DNA from: Octopus sinensis
Lineage: Eukaryota
Reading direction: 5' to 3'
DNA: 9,910 bases
Assembly: GCF_006345805.1 (NCBI RefSeq)
Contig: NW_021827694.1
Coordinates: forward strand, 1 to 9,910
A model generated the notes under the pieces. The model saw nothing but the letters and a program-made list of their open reading frames with translations. It was not told where the DNA came from and did no database searches. Positions 7,979-9,910 of the stretch are shown here, piece by piece; the first letter of the stretch is position 1, and the number at the start of each line of letters is the position of its first letter. Position numbers and translations under genes: made by a program.

Positions 7979-8011
7979 AGAAGTGGCTGTGTGGTAAATA
8001 GCTTACTTACC
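7979..8011 (+). mobile_element. Short 5' head fragment of a further tRNA-derived SINE
   Basis: AGAAGTGGCTGTGTGGTAAATAGCTTACTTACC contains A-box-like TGGCTGTGTGG; the sequence stops before any B box. Confidence 0.4.
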
Positions 8012-8145
8012 TTTGTCGTGGATAGACGTGTTTTTTGGGGGTGAGTCAAATGTTTTGTTGAACGTTGGAAAACTTTTCTATTGGAATTGTTGTTTATTGT
8101 TGAATATTTTCGAACTGTTGAACATTGTTGAACTTGAAATTTTTG

Positions 8146-8173
8146 TACTTTTTCCCGTCGACGGGAAAAAGTA
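8146..8173. repeat. Perfect 28-bp palindrome TACTTTTTCCCGTC|GACGGGAAAAAGTA
   Basis: Arms checked base by base; no spacer. Confidence 0.95.
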
Positions 8174-8195
8174 ATTGTTGAAATATTGAAATTAT

Positions 8196-8355
8196 GGATC
8201 TTTTCCTTTTGATAGCCAGATTTCAACACAATTTCTAGTTAACTAAACACTTTAAAACTTCGTATACTGGTAGAATGTGTCAAAAGAAAACATTATTTTC
8301 ACTTGGCTTTTTTGATAAATTTAGTTAAAATCTGGCTATCAAAAGGAAAAGATAC
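8196..8355. mobile_element. 160-bp MITE with GG-starting TIRs and an 8-bp TSD (Merlin-like), internally deleted
   Basis: Left TIR GGATCTTTTCCTTTTGATAGCCAGATTT; right end AAATCTGGCTATCAAAAGGAAAAGATAC (27/28). TSD GAAATTAT (8188-8195) / GAAATAAT (8356-8363). Its interior matches the rc of the right part of the 9341-9676 element. Confidence 0.85.
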
Positions 8356-8393
8356 GAAATAATTAATATTATTAATATTGAACTTATTAAAGT

Positions 8394-9115
8394 CGTTGTA
8401 GGCTTTATTGTCGTGCCCCCCACCACCACCACCACGGGGTGGAATTTGGACTGTTATCCTCATTAAGAGGAAAAGAAATATTATAGGTTTCCCGTTTTGG
8501 GTGATAAGCAATTTATTATTGCGTGAAAAATTAAATTTTAGCCGTTGTAGGCTCTATTGTGGCATCCGACCCTAGCGTGGGCGAGATTTGAACTGTTGTC
8601 CTCGTTGTGACGAAAAAAAATATTATAGGTTTCCCGTTTTTTTGGATTCTATATTTTACTATTGTGTTAAAAAAAAAATAATTTCGAACGTTGTAGGCTT
8701 TGTTGCTAGGTCTCGCCCCCCAGCTGGGGTGGGATTTGAACTGTTGTCCTCATCAAGAGGAAGAAATATATCATAGGTTTCCCGTTTTGGGGGATAAACA
8801 ATTTATTAGTGCGTGAAAAATTAAATTTTAGCCGTTGTAGGTTCTATTGTGGCATCCGCCACTAGCGTGGGCGAGATTTGAACTGTTGTCCTCGTTGTGA
8901 GAAAAAAAATATTATAGGGATCCCGTTTTGGGGATACTGTATATTTATTACTGTGTGAAAAATTTAATTTCGAACGTTGTAGACTTTGTTGCTAAGTTTC
9001 GCCCCCCGGCGGGGGTGGGATTTGAACTGTTGTCCACGTTGAGAGAAAACAAAAAGCAAAAAATTATAGGTTTCCCATTTTCTGGGATTAAATTGTGATT
9101 AATTTATTTCGAACG
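8394..9115. repeat. Satellite-like tandem array, five ~139-149 bp monomers with ~290-bp dimeric higher-order periodicity
   Basis: CGTTGTAG starts at 8394, 8543, 8689, 8833 and 8975. Monomers 2-5 carry GATTTGAACTGTTGTCC (variant in monomer 1); all carry a TATAGG..CCC.TTTT.GG motif. Confidence 0.92.
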
Positions 9116-9218
9116 AATTATGTCGGTCGAAATAATTCAAGAAACAAACCAGCTGCATGAGTCAGCAAAAAAGTTCGCGGCAGTAACCGCTGTATCTTGT
9201 AAAAATGTTGTAATAGAA

Positions 9219-9769
9219 ACGGGGACGCAATCACACCAGCATCGGTTGTCAAGCGATGCTGGTGTGATTGCGTCCCCGTAACTTAGCGGTTCAGCAAAAG
9301 TGACCGATAGAATAAGCACTAGGCTTACAAAGAATAAGTCGGATCTTTTCCTTTTGAACGGCACATGTCAACACAATTTCTAGTTAACTAAACACTTTAG
9401 TTCACTAAAAATTTAGGGTTAGGGTGATGTTTAGGGTTAGTGACAGGATGTTGTCTCAGTTTTAGACGCAGCAAATGATTTTAGCTCAATTAGAGGCGAT
9501 TCATTGGTTAAAATTCGAAAAATTAAACTACGTTAAACAAACGAATTACAATTTTATCAAGAAAGCCAAGAGAAAAAAATGTTTTATTTTGACACGTTCT
9601 ACCAGTATACGAAGTTTAAAAGTGTTTAGTTAACTAGAAATTGTGTTGACATGTGCGGTTCAAAAGGAAAAGATCCAATAAGACCTGGGGTCGATTTGCT
9701 CGACTAAAGGCGGTGCTCCAGCATGGCTGCAATCAAATGTCTGCAACAAGTAAAAGAGTAAAAGAGTCC
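9219..9769 (+). mobile_element. 5'-truncated SINE 3' part (family 3), interrupted by a MITE and starting with a perfect hairpin
   Basis: ...AACTTAGCGGTTCAGCAAAAGTGACCGATAGAATAAGCACTAGGCTTACAAAGAATAAGTC[MITE]CTGGGGTCGATTTGCTCGACTAAAGGCGGTGCTCCAGCATGGC... ending in an (AGTAAAAG) repeat tail. It shares the CTGGGGTCGAT..TCGACT motif with family 1. Family identity is partly from memory. Confidence 0.7.
9341..9676. mobile_element. 336-bp MITE with 58-bp TIRs and an 8-bp TSD (Merlin-like)
   Basis: TIR 9341-9398 vs 9619-9676, 57/58 identical, starting GGATCTTTTCC. TSD AATAAGTC (9333-9340) / AATAAGAC (9677-9684). Confidence 0.92.
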
Positions 9770-9884
9770 TTTTCAGAACTCACCCGGTAGGTCAACGGGC
9801 AAAGGTCATTTCACCTCTTTCCAGTTCCAGTCTTGATTTCGAGGACGTTTGGTTAGTATTTCTAGCTTGTCGGATAACCATGTT

Positions 9885-9910
9885 AGATCTTTTCGCTTTG
9901 ACCGGCAGTT
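9885..9910 (+). mobile_element. Start of a third related MITE TIR, cut by the window edge
   Basis: AGATCTTTTCGCTTTGACCGGCAG resembles GGATCTTTTCCTTTTGAACGGCAC. Confidence 0.5.

Noticed and set aside
8394-9115. CRISPR-like repeat-spacer array
   Set aside because: The whole monomer is repeated with no unique spacers, the context is eukaryotic, and there are no cas genes.

Overview
Eukaryotic, repeat-saturated non-coding DNA with no supportable protein-coding gene; the long ORFs are translations of microsatellites. The SINE families resemble those I recall from octopus/coleoid cephalopod genomes, but that assignment is from memory and unverified. Layout: (1) 132-4080, about 10-12 copies of one tRNA-derived SINE family, all on the minus strand and separated by trinucleotide microsatellites, ending in a head-less 185-bp tandem pair; (2) 4487-4842, a short Helitron-like element; (3) 5928-6709, an internally deleted Tc1/mariner element carrying the best finding, a U6 snRNA-SINE chimeric retrocopy (6188-6505) bounded by a single 12-15 bp target-site duplication, whose U6 part has a 28-nt microhomology-bounded deletion; (4) 7637-7940, a full-length SINE of a second family; (5) 8146-9910, a 28-bp perfect palindrome, two complete MITEs with GG-starting TIRs and 8-bp TSDs (Merlin-like) plus the start of a third, a ~145-bp satellite with dimeric higher-order structure, and a 5'-truncated SINE that starts with a perfect 26-bp-arm hairpin.
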